Shown: positions 15,457-27,408 of the stretch, one piece after another | Layout: the number at the start of each line of letters is the position of its first letter | Numbering within the stretch: position 1 is the first letter of the stretch | From: Anthoceros angustus | Taxonomy: Eukaryota > Plantae > Anthocerotophyta | Length of the DNA stretch: 64,000 nt | Direction: 5' to 3' | Assembly: GCA_010909165.1 (NCBI GenBank) | Contig: MU008181.1 | Span: 744,001-808,000 of the forward strand | Translations under genes and position numbers: made by a program | Notes under the pieces: generated by a model | Seen by the model: only the letters and a program-made list of their open reading frames with translations | What the model was told of the DNA's origin: nothing | Database searches by the model: none

Positions 15457-16551
15457 TTAAAACGCCTTGTTGTTGTTGTTTTGGCGCTTCTCATTGTTAA
15501 ACCTTGCATTGTATTGCCCCATCGGTGGTACGAGTGAAGGTGGAATGTTGGTGGCCAGGGGCTTGCGAGGCCGAGGCTGATATTGATGTTGATGTTGATG
15601 TTGACGTTGACGTTGACATTGACGTTGACGTTGACGTCGAGCTTGAGGCTGGTGCACAGATTGTTGTTGAAGCTTTCTTTGAGACTGCCGAGGTGGGCTA
15701 TTAGTATTTTGCTGCCGTTGTTGTCGTGGCTTGGGTTGGGGGATCTTCTCCAGGACCTGAGATATAGTGTCATCAACACTCTTTTGAACAACCTCCTCGG
15801 TTGATATTTGTTGAGCTTCTGCCATTACAGCCTTCGTTTTTGCTTTTTCAGCAGCTTTGGCTTGTGCTTTGTCCAATTTATACTTGCAGTACCAAAGATG
15901 AGCTTTAGTTCTTAACCCGTGAAAAAGACTAGTTTTTTCGTCATTATAGTTTGATTCTACTTCCTCTTCAAGCGGTGCTCCAATTTCTTCATGGAGGCCA
16001 GGAAGGACTTGATCCATACGGTTTTCAATGTTGTCCCAAAAGTGTTCAACTCCTCTTTCCCTTGGACTAAGTATTGCTTCTCCTTCTCTAAAAATCTTAC
16101 TTTGGTAATCGCTAGTAAATTTACCAAGGCCCTCCTTCCACTCCAAAAGGTCGGTTTCCCTGAGCTTGAACTTGAGGTGGTACTAAGGGATTGCCTTTGG
16201 GGGAGAGACTTGAATATGGCGGGGTACATTCCCCTCAGCCTTCATAGCTTCCATCTTGGAAATCCATTTCCTAAGCTTTTCTAGTTAGATGACTAGAGAT
16301 CTATACTGTTTGAGTGTACACTCGGCGAAGTCCCTCTTAAGAAGATCATGGAGCTCAGAGGAATTGAGGGATGGAGAGGGAGGCGATCGAGGAGGGGGAG
16401 GAGGAGGAGGAGGAGGCAGGGGAGCACAAAGGGAAGGAGGAGAGGGATCATTAGCATTGATGATGACCGCTATGGTCTGTAAATTTGACTGTAGTTCCCA
16501 ATCCTGAAAGGAGTAAGTTTCCTCGAGGAAACTTACTCCTTTCAGGAACAT
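15457..16551 (-). pseudogene. Decayed ORF of probable mobile-element origin (family unassigned)
   Basis: Track ORFs 16551-16285 and 16146-15457 are in the same frame, separated only by a TAA and a TAG. The Q/N-rich tail derives from (GTTGAY)n. No catalytic motif seen. Confidence 0.45.
16502..16547. repeat. Perfect 46-bp palindrome with no spacer
   Basis: TCCTGAAAGGAGTAAGTTTCCTC|GAGGAAACTTACTCCTTTCAGGA; the two arms are exact reverse complements. Confidence 0.97.
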
Positions 16552-18555
16552 CTTGAGGGTTGTTCTTCACACGAGCTCGTGTGAAGAACAACCCTCAAGA
16601 TGGAGAAAGACTCTCTAAGGAGGCTGATCCTGAACAGCTCCTCCAATACGCTCATGTCCGCGGGAGGAGGCAGCCAACCTACAGCAATGAAGATGTCCTT
16701 TTGGAATAGGCTATGACTGAAGAAGGACACGTCCAACAGAACCCAGCAACTGGCAGTGGCGAGCAACTGGTTATGCTTAGTAAACCTAGAGGCCAGTACG
16801 AAGTAAAAGGTCATGTTTCATAAATATTAGATAGAATATTTTCTTAACTCCTAGGATGCATAAGTATGGCTGGTCTCTGACTTACAATTAGGATCGGATC
16901 AACCAATTAGAATAAAATATAACACCTACAAAAATACTGAAAATAGTCACATCAAACAATCTTAAATTTGGAAAAGAGAGAAGAATGGGACAACATTTGA
17001 ATTACACCACCAATGAACCAAAGATAGTGAAACACAAAACTAAAATAGGGAAACCAATTTGGGAGCATGGAAAAAGATCAAGTAGACACTACGATGTGAA
17101 GTATAATTGGCCTATAATAGGAAAATGATGATATTTTAATATTCATAATAATTATAGTAAAATAGTTTAATAGTCAACACCTTTGGTTTTCTAATTGTTT
17201 AAACAATTGATCTTTGATCTTCTATTGTTTTAAGATGTATAAACTTTTGAAGAGAAGATGCAAGTCCTCCGTCCTTAACTTATGAACTAATGTCTCAGTA
17301 TGATCCTAGTCAAAATAATTTTTAAATACTTCATAGTAGCCTTGTATTTTAAGTGAACCCTTTGATAGTCGATTTCCATGCTTGAAAATTATAAATCTAA
17401 TTTAACATTAGGCACTTATAAATTCCATTCTGCCATGTGGCTCCTACTACATATGCATGTACATACATACATATTGGGGCGGTGTCCGCCAAAATTTTTG
17501 ATTGCGAGAGATTTTTGATTGTTCTCGGATCCACCACCTAATAGCCAACACAAAAGCACGAAGCCTGGGAGAACACACACATGACAAAGCCTTTCAATGT
17601 GCCCCTGGTGTTGTCATGTCCTTCTGTTTCACAGGATCGAGGGCGGTTGGAGGCGTTTGACCGGGTCGGGAGTGATGGAACCTAGAACCGGTGGAAGGGA
17701 GGAGGGAGCGGGGTGCGCCACGTGGAAAGGCAAAGGTGACGTGATTAATCCAACATACGGGTTTGAATTTGCGCACGGGGAGGTGATTTTCGCAAATGCT
17801 GGCGCAAGCCTGTGAGGAGCGTCACGGTGCCACATGCGCCGCATGCGCGATGCGTGTCAGGCGTGCGTGGTTAGGGCTGGCGAACGTTGCGCCGCCTTTC
17901 GCCGCGCAGTAGGGCTTGCGCCGGGCTCCCCGTTGCGCCGGCTGCACCGGGCGAAAGACGCTGGCAAAAGAAGCAGCGAGCGCAACACGGACGCACGCGA
18001 ACGCGAACGCGAACCCGAACCCGCGAGCGAGACGAGCCAGCCAGCGAAGAAAGACGTTGGGAAGAAAGCGCAGCCCGGGAGCTTGAGGGAATGGCGTCCT
18101 AGCGCGCAGCGAGCAGGTTCTCGGATCCTCGAGACGTCTCGAATTGGATGCTCCAGCAGCTCAGTTGCTGAGCCGCTGGCTGCGCATTTCCGCGCGGCTG
18201 CCGGCTGGGAGCAAGGAGAATTGCGGGATCGGCAAGAAGGGGGGAGATTAGCAGGAGACCGAGACGTGAGTACGAGTATCGTGTAGACAGCGTGGAGGAG
18301 ATGGCAAGATGCGGTGCTTGCGGGGGTTGATTGAGTGTTGCGGCAGGTGCGGTTTGGCGGCAAGAATTTGCGTGTGGATGTCGGCAGCATGAGAAGGCGC
18401 AGGCGGGGCTGGCAGGACCGTAAGCAGGGGCAGGGAAAGAGGCAGGGTTCGGGAGGGAGGATTTGAGGAAGCGGCTTTCGTAGGGCGGGCTAAGCTCGCA
18501 CATTGGAAGACGCGGGGGTAGATCAAGCCCCGGAAAGACGGAGTACTTCAATAAT

Positions 18556-20401
18556 ATGTCTGACGAGCACCTGGCTCTATGTCTGCGTGAAAATGAAGTA
18601 GCGGTGACGCCGCCTCCGCTACAGATTAAACAAGGCGGCGGACGACCCCGGTCGCAGGTGTGGCAGCATTTCACTGCCTGCGGGGACCGGAATGACAAGA
18701 GTCGTCGATTTATTGTGAGTTGCAATGCGTGTGGTCAGAATTTGTCCAGCAGGGTGGAGGCCATGGAGAAGCATGTGGCTTATGACTGCAAGGAGGTGCC
18801 TGAGGAGGGCCGCTTGATGATCCAGCAGAAAATTGCTGGAAAGACGGCTGTGGCGGGGACTCTGGCAATTGTGGGAGCTCCTGCTCAGAAGAAGCCTAAG
18901 ACTCCGAAGATTGTGAAGCAGCAGCCTCATCTCCCCCATCATCATCAGCAGCTGCAACCGCCGTCCACTTTGATTTGCAGGGCTTGTGGTGTGCAGTACC
19001 CGCCTACTCCGGATCCGCAGCCTTGCAGAATATGCTGTGATGAGCGGCAGTATGTGCCAAGGTATGCCCGAGCACTCCTTGTTGACGGGCTTTCGTGAGG
19101 TGCTTTCTGTTGTAGATGGGTTTCTGATATAGTACTTGGCGCAATGTGTATGCCGAGCAGTATACGTGTTAGGTTTTGACCCAGTGACTGCTGGCCTTCA
19201 GAGCCTTTTCTTTAGGGCTTAGCTTATGCTTGTCAGGCACGAACATTTCTAGCACACTGATGGCTTCGAACTTACTTGAGAATGTTCTGCAGGTCTGGGC
19301 AATCGTGGACAACCATGGAGAAAATGGTCCAGGAAGGCTACAAGAACTGCTTCCAAAAGCATGAGCCTCGACTTTACGGGATTGGCACAGTTCCAAAGTT
19401 CGGAATTGGGCAGCGAGCATTTCTCATCCAAACACCTAGTAAGGGCAGCCTACCTCAGTCTGCATGAAGTGTGCTTGCTTGCATTGAAAGCAGCTGCTGT
19501 CTCACCTTGCTACTCTGATTTGGTACCAGATGGTAATCTGCTATGGGATTGCATTTCATTGGTGGATGATGCAACCATTGACATCATAAAAGCTCTTGGA
19601 GGCTTGAGAGCCATAGCGATTTCTCATCCTCACTACTATGCTTCCAATGCGCAGTGGAGTGCTGCATTTGAAGGTGTACCAGTGTACATTCATGAAAGGT
19701 GCAAGCCTTGATATTATTAATCTACTTTTGTCTCTTTTGAGCCCCATGCATTTCGTTGAATCAAGATGGATCGCTTGTTCGAAGCATTGTTGAGTGCAAC
19801 TGTGATTTCAATCGCCTCTCTGGTGCATATGTATGTGGTCACCGAAAGAGAATAGTCGGCGTTCTGAACTGGTTCCATCTTCGTTGTTGTAGGGACAAAG
19901 AGTGGGTTGTTTGGGAACATGGTAACATAAACTACTGGGGTGATCACGGAGATTCTCTTCCGTTATGGGGGGGATTCACACTTCTTCATCTTGGTGGACA
20001 CTTCGCTGGTGCACAGGTGTTGCATTGGGCAAATGGAGCAGATGGGAAGGGAGCATTGTTTACTGGCGACGTCCTGCAGGTATTGACCACATTCGAGGTA
20101 ACTCGTGAGGTTCAAGGAGCACGAGTGGAGCTTTGATGAGTTCTGACAGTGCGATGTTTGATGCGGGCAGGTTGGCATGGATCGGGAGACTGTGAGTGTT
20201 ATGCGCTCCTACCCCAATTATATTCCTTTATCTCCAGCCTACGTTGATAGATTAAGTAAGAAAATCGAGAACTGGCATTTTCACCGGCTTTATGGCGCTT
20301 TTTGGGACATGGAGATCGAGTCTGATGCGAAGTCGAAAGTCGCTTACTCATTGGAGAGATACATCAAGTGGATCATTCAAGATGAGGATCTGGAAATATG
20401 A
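18556..20401 (+). CDS. BED zinc finger fused to a CxxC/CxxC metallo-beta-lactamase-fold hydrolase (bacterial YmaE-like family)
   Basis: Exons 18556-19061, 19293-19438, 19530-19698, 19893-20079 and 20171-20401, all GT-AG and phase-consistent. BED: VWQHF...CNAC...H-x4-C. Hydrolase: CRACGVQY..CRICCDERQYV, FGIGQRAFLIQT, GNLLWDCIS, IAISHPHYY, LGGHFAG, LFTGD, MRSYPNYIPL, RLYGAFW. Confidence 0.9.
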
Positions 20402-21099
20402 TTTTTTTCAGTCTAAGAACGAAGCATGACACGCTGCACCTGGGATCTCTGACAGATATGTGTACAGGATTGCCTATTTCTTTGGATTGTCTCATTCCCC
20501 GAAATGGGTTAAGGATAACCAGAGTACACCTGAGGGTCAAAATCAGACATGTGTAGCAGCATTTTCTGCGTGGGTAATGGCTGCTTCCCTCGCTCGGTCG
20601 ACAATTGCGATGTGCTCGCACAGATGAACTCTTGTACCATCGTAGAGGTAGTACTTTCGCCCGATGATAGAATGTGCTCCTCCTCATGGACAAAAGCTGC
20701 GTCATTCTTACATCATTCGCAGGATGCTTTTTATTAGATCCCCACTCCACTGCAGTTGGACCACCGGCTCCACCCTGGCTGGCTGTTCGCTCGCCACGAT
20801 TCCTGCTCTGCTCGCTTGCATGCCCTTGGCCTTTACTAGGTATTTGCCGAAAGTTTGCACTTTCACTGGATAGAAAGCCCGGCATCCATCGCCCAATGTG
20901 TGGAGATCGACGGTAGTCAGTGTTGTAGTTTGTGAAACGTAGAACAGCCTAGGACGTGCGTTCATTGTCCTAGCGAATCGCTTTCTTGTGCACTGTGCAT
21001 GGTTGCCGATAGCTGCTTGATGTTCAGAGGGCTGGCTTGGTTTTAAGATGGCAGATAGTCTTACAATCAAACTTCACCTGCTTTTCTTTCACAATGCGG

Positions 21100-21900
21100 A
21101 TCAGAGGACTTGTCAATCACGAAAATAAGGTGTTTAAGCATCTCTCGACATGAGTCCTACACCCGACCGAGAAACTATGCACCACTCTCTCCATGTCTGT
21201 CCACCAGGTCTGGCCAGGCTGCTTCCATGCCCCAATTCCTTTTCTCCACGCCTCCATCTCCTTTGCCTGCTCCAACATCTGGGAACCGGTGTATATGTTT
21301 CACATCAACACATATGCTGCCAAATCTTCTTTGTCTAGCTTCACTGATTGATCAAACGCATGGCGCCCCACTTCCACGTCACCCCACTTTTGACACGCAC
21401 CTAATAGCGTGTCCCAGACAGCTGCATCAGGCTGTACAGGCATTGTCCTTACCAATGCTAGTGCCTCCTTCAGTTGGCATGAAAATCCTAGGACATCCAC
21501 CATGCGTAGTTGTCAGCCCTGAGTGATGCCATAATGTATACTCATGGCCTCAGAGTACACTCGCCCTTTGCTCACTAGACCGCCATAATTGCATACTGTT
21601 AGTACACTAAGGAATGTTACACCATCTGGGAGTGATGCCATCGTGTCTACTCATGGCCTCAAAGTACTCTCGCCCTTTGCTCACTAGACCCCCATGACTG
21701 CAAGCTTAGTGCACTAAGGAATGTTACACCATCTGGCTGTGTCCCATCCTTCCTCACTCTCGAACAAGTAAAAAACGATGTTACTGTCTGCGCCCTCACC
21801 ACCAGAAGAAATGCACGCCGCTTCCTTCCAGTCTCTGGAGCCAGAATCAGGCCCCGCCCCAAAGGTGCGTCATGACCTTGGACGCTCCATGACACAGTTA
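21100..21900 (-). pseudogene. PLS-class PPR pseudogene, C-terminal part with an E domain and a WW-type box
   Basis: QPDGVTFLSAL, MVDVLGFSCQLKEALALVRTMPVQPDAAVWDTLLGACQKWGDVE and AWKQPGQTWW...VHSFSVG. Frameshifts and a tandem duplication of about 108 bp (about 21521-21737). Confidence 0.75.
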
Positions 21901-22138
21901 CCAGCTCAAACTGGCAACCTTAGCCCCAATTCCACCTCATCTGAGTCAAATTCCAGGCCGGCACTCCTCGAAGGTGAGCTCGCCCGAGTCTGTGACCCAG
22001 CCAGATCGCAAGCCTCCATACGAGCTAGCCAACCATCTCCATGTCTTAATGTGGTCAGGGATGGAGTTCAGCAAGCACATTCACGCCAAGAAAGAAAGCA
22101 ATATTCCTCACTTCGTACTTGCTAGCTCTTCATTTCTC

Positions 22139-24040
22139 TCACGGTTGACCCTCACAACTGCAACAACACAGCTGTGAGTCCATGCACACAGTACCCATCC
22201 CTTACAACATTGTCTCTCTGTTCAAGCCTTGACATAATCTCCGTGGAACTGTGGCAGACACTGCACATGCCTAGGTTCTTCGATACCACCACAAGTGTCC
22301 AACGCAGAGTGTTCAAGAGACCAAATGCTAAAGCTAGCTTCTCAGCATGCCCACAAAGCACATCTTCCTTTTTCTTCTCAGACACTGCTTCAACACCAAC
22401 GTTGTGTGAGGTACGTGACCTCCTCCTTCCTGCTTCACACGTGCATTTGTGCTCTCTACCTTAAGCGCAACATCCTTTCTCCAATCTCCCACCAGAAATC
22501 TGTGTACTCACCTCAATGCTCGCCACTGCAGGTTCCCTGTTAGGTCCTGCTGCACTTCTCTGTGTTTCAATCCTGTCTACATCAGCCCACCTACCTGCTT
22601 CTGCATAGGCATTGGCCATGAGCACATTGGCAGATGCCATTTGAGGGTCCAGCATGACAATGCTTTCAAAACACCACACAGCCCTCTCCATATCCCTGTG
22701 ACTTTGGCAGGCATTCAACAAAGACGTCAAGCCCACAACGTTACTTTGGCCCTCACATGATAATAGCATCTTCTCTGCCTCATCTAAATGGCCCGCACAC
22801 CCAAGAAGATCAATCATGCAGGTGTAAAGCTCAATAGTAGGTTTGATGCCATGCTGTTCAGCCATGGAATCAAAGTGTTTGCGACCATCATGGACTAGTC
22901 CCTCATGACTGCATGCTGCTAGAAGGCAAGTAAAAGTAGCATCATCAGGCTGAATGCCAGCAACTAACAATCTCCTCAAAACAAGCTAGTGCCTTGTGAC
23001 CCTCATTACAAGCACCATAACCAGCAATCAGGGCATTCCAAATCGCCACATCCTTTGTCGCTGAGCTGTCCAAAACCTGGCATGCAGCCTCCAGTACATA
23101 CATGTCTACCCAGCAGTTGCCCAAGACTACGTTATCCAGCAGTCCTCCTTTGACAACCTCTGAGTGCACCTGCCTGCCCTTCTGTAAGGCACCAGTGCCT
23201 GCACAGGCTTTCAGAAGGCAGGCGAAAGTAACCTGGGTAACCAAAATCAGGCCCTCCTGCTCCATTTGTCCATACAGAACAAGTGCCTCATGTCCGAGCC
23301 CTTGCTGTGCATACCCAGCGATCAGCCATGATACCACATCCTTTTGTGCCAAGCTGTCAAAAACCTGGCATGCATCTTCACCACATTTTGCATCCATGTT
23401 CACCAGGCAGTTTGCCCACCAGTACGTCATCCAGCAGTCCTCTCTCCGCAACCTGTGAGTGCAGTTGCATGCCCTTCTGTAAGGCACCAGTGCTTGCACA
23501 GGCTTTCAGAAGGCAAGCAAAGTAACATGGTTAGCCAAAATGAGGCCAACCTCTTCCATTTGTCCATACACAACAAGCGCCTCTTGGCTGAGTCCTGGCT
23601 GTACATACCCAGCCATCAGGGCATTCCATGTCACCACATCCTTTGTGGCCATGCTGTCAAAAACCTGGGGTGCATCTTTCATTTTGCCACATTTCGCATA
23701 GATGTCCACCAGGCAATTGCCAACAAACAATTTAGTAGCAATCCCACTGTGCACCACATCACAGTGCACTTTTCTGCCAGATTCCAAGTCGGTGGCAAAT
23801 GCACAAGCTTGAAGGGCAGCTACAAAGACGTGACCTTCACTCCTGACCTACGCATCTCATGGTACAGCTGTATGGCCTCCTTAGGTTTCTCATGCTTCGC
23901 GTATGCTGAGATTATGAAAGACCACATGAAGGCATTTGGTTTCCACACCCTGGTGGACACATCCATGGCCTCCTGCAGCCTACCTCCACATGCGCATATG
24001 CGCAAGATATGGTTTCCCAAGTATCCGAATCCCTCTTAGC
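22139..24040 (-). pseudogene. PLS-class PPR-DYW:KP RNA-editing factor pseudogene (GRP-like terminus)
   Basis: PPR motifs (KDVVTWNALMAGY, KCGKMKDA, VTFACLLKAC), then EPAVASIEV, GGHVPHTTLVLK, EDVLCGHAEKLALAFGLLNT, KNLGMCSVCHSST and terminal CSCEGQP* (stop at 22139-22141), broken by several frameshifts. Confidence 0.85.
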
Positions 24041-25367
24041 TGTACACAGTTTCAGCACAGTGTAAAACAGAGACTGAGAGATGGCAGAGTCTGTCTGCGC
24101 CAGAGATTCCAGGGAACCAACGGCCTCAGAAAGCTTCCCTTACTGACATAACATGCCCACGGCTCCAGCCGTGACCACGCCCATTCCCCATCCTGCACGC
24201 CTGCCAGGTTCAGGCTCATCCGGAGATCTCCACTTGGAAGGAGAGGCATTAACACCCATCTGCATATCCAAGCAAACGAGCTGCTCAGCAACCCAAGCTG
24301 GCTTGTTTATCCACATGACCTCGCCGGACCCCTTAGGGCCGTTTCGCACGAGCCCAGAACCCGGGCCCGAACAAAACTTACGGGCCCAGGTTCGGGCAAT
24401 CGCATGTGCCCATATCCAGACAAGCCCGGGACCGGGCATCACTAGCCGCCACAGGTTGGGCATCAGGCTATGCCTCTCGAAGCATCAGGCTATGCCTCTC
24501 GAAAGAGCATGAGATAAGCTTGCAAAGCAGCCCTTCGACAGTTCGACTCCGCGCCTTCAACATTAAGTCCGCCTTGCCTATCTCAGATGCGTATCCTCCG
24601 ACAGTGAGCTCGAGCAAAGGAAGAAACTTGGGCATGACATGCCTCTCTTCACCATTCCAATTCCAGTACAATTTGCTATCATCAATATTGGGGCATGGAT
24701 AATTTCAAACAGCGTACTTAAAAAATTATTAAAATTTGAAAATAATTTTCATAAATTTGAGTTCAAGTCTATGGTGTTGCTTAAAGAAAAAGGAGCGGAA
24801 ATCTTTTGGTGCCTTTTGTGGCTTTTGGTCCCAATTCGAAGCTGCACTCCGAATTCACTAAGAGAGTTTTGAAACTTCATGAATTCGTTTCTCCAAATTC
24901 ACTTCAAGTTTTTGGGTTTTCACATTTTTAAATATCCTATTTCCAGCAAAGGAAGTCTCCACATGCATCTGCTGCCCAGGTTTCAAGTCTCCTCCTCTTG
25001 CACAATCCCGAAGGAGTGCACAAAGACATGTCCATCAGAGCTGCCCTCAGAAAGCTCCCAGAGCTTCAACAGCGTCGTCAGTGACTGACAGAGTCTACTC
25101 ACAGTTTCAGTAGTCACGCCTCTTTCATATGCAGCTGGCCCTCGAGGGTTCCGATCTGCACATCTGGAACAGCCAGCTGGCATTCATCCGATCAGATGGT
25201 AGTAGCTCCACCAGCTTCTGGGGCTTCCTCTGTTGGAAGTCAGCAGCGAGTGGATCATGTGTGGTTGTTTAGTTCATTTTCACCATCTGGAAGAAAGTCG
25301 CGAGCAGTCGTTTCTAGTCTGCTCGGAAAGAATTCAATAACAGGTAGCAGGGTAACAACAAATACTA

Positions 25368-27408
25368 TCAAGGATTTGAAGCTCTGGCAGAAAGAGATTT
25401 TCTCGGAGACTCAGTTTCCTGCTGCGTCTCGGTTACAAATCTCATAGCTTCTGAAGCAATGTACTCGTCGTCTGTGAATCTAATCAAGAAGTCTATCAAT
25501 CTGTACACATCAGAAAAGGCCGACACAGGCCCAAAAGAGACACGGATAGATGAGAATTGGGGGGCCTTGTCGTAGAATGAAAAGTCCTTCACTCGATCTG
25601 AAGCCTTGCTGAGAGCATGGGCCAACCCAGGATTGTTGAAATACCCTGAACCAATCACTATGTTTTTCTTCTCAGCCAACTGCTGTACCAGGCTAGAGGG
25701 TATGATAGTCCCGGTGGAATCCACCAGGTTGAAAGCCACTATGCTTCCTCTTTCATATATACCCTGAGGCCCATACAGTTGAACCAATGACTTGCCGTTG
25801 TGATGGAGAGCTTTGAGGGCTTTCACCAGCCAGGCGTCTAAACATTGCACCCGTTTCCTGATGGATTGAAGACCAATCGCTTCAAGATGTTGGAGCCCAA
25901 AGTTGAGAGCTGCGAATGACAGAAGATTGATGTTTTCGTCTTCACACACAATGTGGTAGTCTTTCCCCGGCTCTTGGACCCTGTTGGCTGCAACAAACCT
26001 GAGGCCAGATACTTTTGGAGTACTGTGGATTATGAAGGCAGACTTTTTCACAAGAAGAAACCCCATTCCTGACGGATATCCTAACAGATGACGGAAGGAA
26101 CCAACCACAAACTCTGGTCGCACCACTGACAGATCCAAACTACCAGAAGGTAGGAATGTGGAAACATCCAGCAAAACCTGCCACCCATTTTGCTGAGCCT
26201 CCACAACCCAGTTAAGGGAGTGCTTCACACCGGACAGACAGGATTGGGCTGGAAAGACGAAGAGCCCTCCACGCTCCCCATGGGTTCTCAGCGTGTTTCT
26301 AAGTACAGCGCTCTGCATGGCGAGATTCACTTCTCCAACAGCACATACCATTGGTTTCACTCCTTGCTGACGTCCAGCTGTAGTAATAATCCTCACAGCT
26401 TCATGATTATCCTGGCACACCAAGAATGCACTGCCTTTCTGAAACGAGTATGCCTCTGCGAAAACCCAAAAGGTTGCAGTGAACCCTGTTGTGAAAACCA
26501 CACTGTATTCATCCGGTGTAGTATTTAAGAGCTGCAATAGTCGGCGATGGGTCTCAGTGACATGGATGCCTAAGGGACTAGAAGATAGATGACCAAGGCT
26601 GGCAGCTCGAAAGGAGGGGGCTTCTTGCTGCACAACTTTAGCATGCTCCTCAACCTGATACATAACTACATTAGCCTACAAGGCATTGACGCCCTGATGA
26701 AGGCAGCTGTCTATGAACGGTGTATCAGCTGCACACAGCCAAAACACGTACCTGAAAGCATGAAAAGAGAGCAAAGCTGGCATAATCAAGGTAGACTATC
26801 GTCTGCGAGTCCAGCTTGGGGTACTGCTCTTTCCGCACATTGTCAACAGAAAGGTTGGCAAAGTAGTCCTCAAATTCTTCCAGAAACGCCTCCTCTGCAT
26901 CCTCAAATTGTGGCAACACATCAGGTCCGGCATCACGGCTGGCCTCTGGTACTGACGAGGAGATCCATGTTTGTTGACTCAGCGATGGCAGGGAAGTTTC
27001 GTGAGTTTCAATATGAGGAGGTAGCAATGACGGCAGGGAGCCCGAGGTTTGCTTACTTTCTGCTTCAGGCCGGAGGACCTCCCTTCTTCTCGACACACTA
27101 TCACTACTGTTTTCTTGAAAACAGGTTGCAGCTGCCCGCTGATTTATGTCAACTGTGTGGCCGAAATGAGTTTCAGCCTCTGCGGCCAGTACATTGGTGT
27201 CTGTCTCAGGTCTGGAGTTGGCCCATCGACAAGACAAACTTCTGCCTCCTCTGGCAGATAGCGGAGAAGCTCTTGCTGCCCCTACAGTGAAGGAGGGGCT
27301 GTCTCTCAGTAGGGGGGGCTCCGATTTGCCAGATTCTTGGGATCCCTGCGAACGCCAGCCACAACAACCATAAGAGAGATAGCGCATCCACAATTCATTC
27401 AGCACCAT
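25368..27408 (-). CDS. Molybdenum-cofactor-sulfurase-like, PLP-dependent transferase fold (class V aminotransferase family)
   Basis: Exons 27408-26752 and 26654-25368 (phase 0). Motifs VYLDYASFALFS, YSVVFTTG, DNHEAV, LFVFPAQSCLSG, WQVLLDVSTF, GYPSGMGFLLVKK. Confidence 0.85.
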
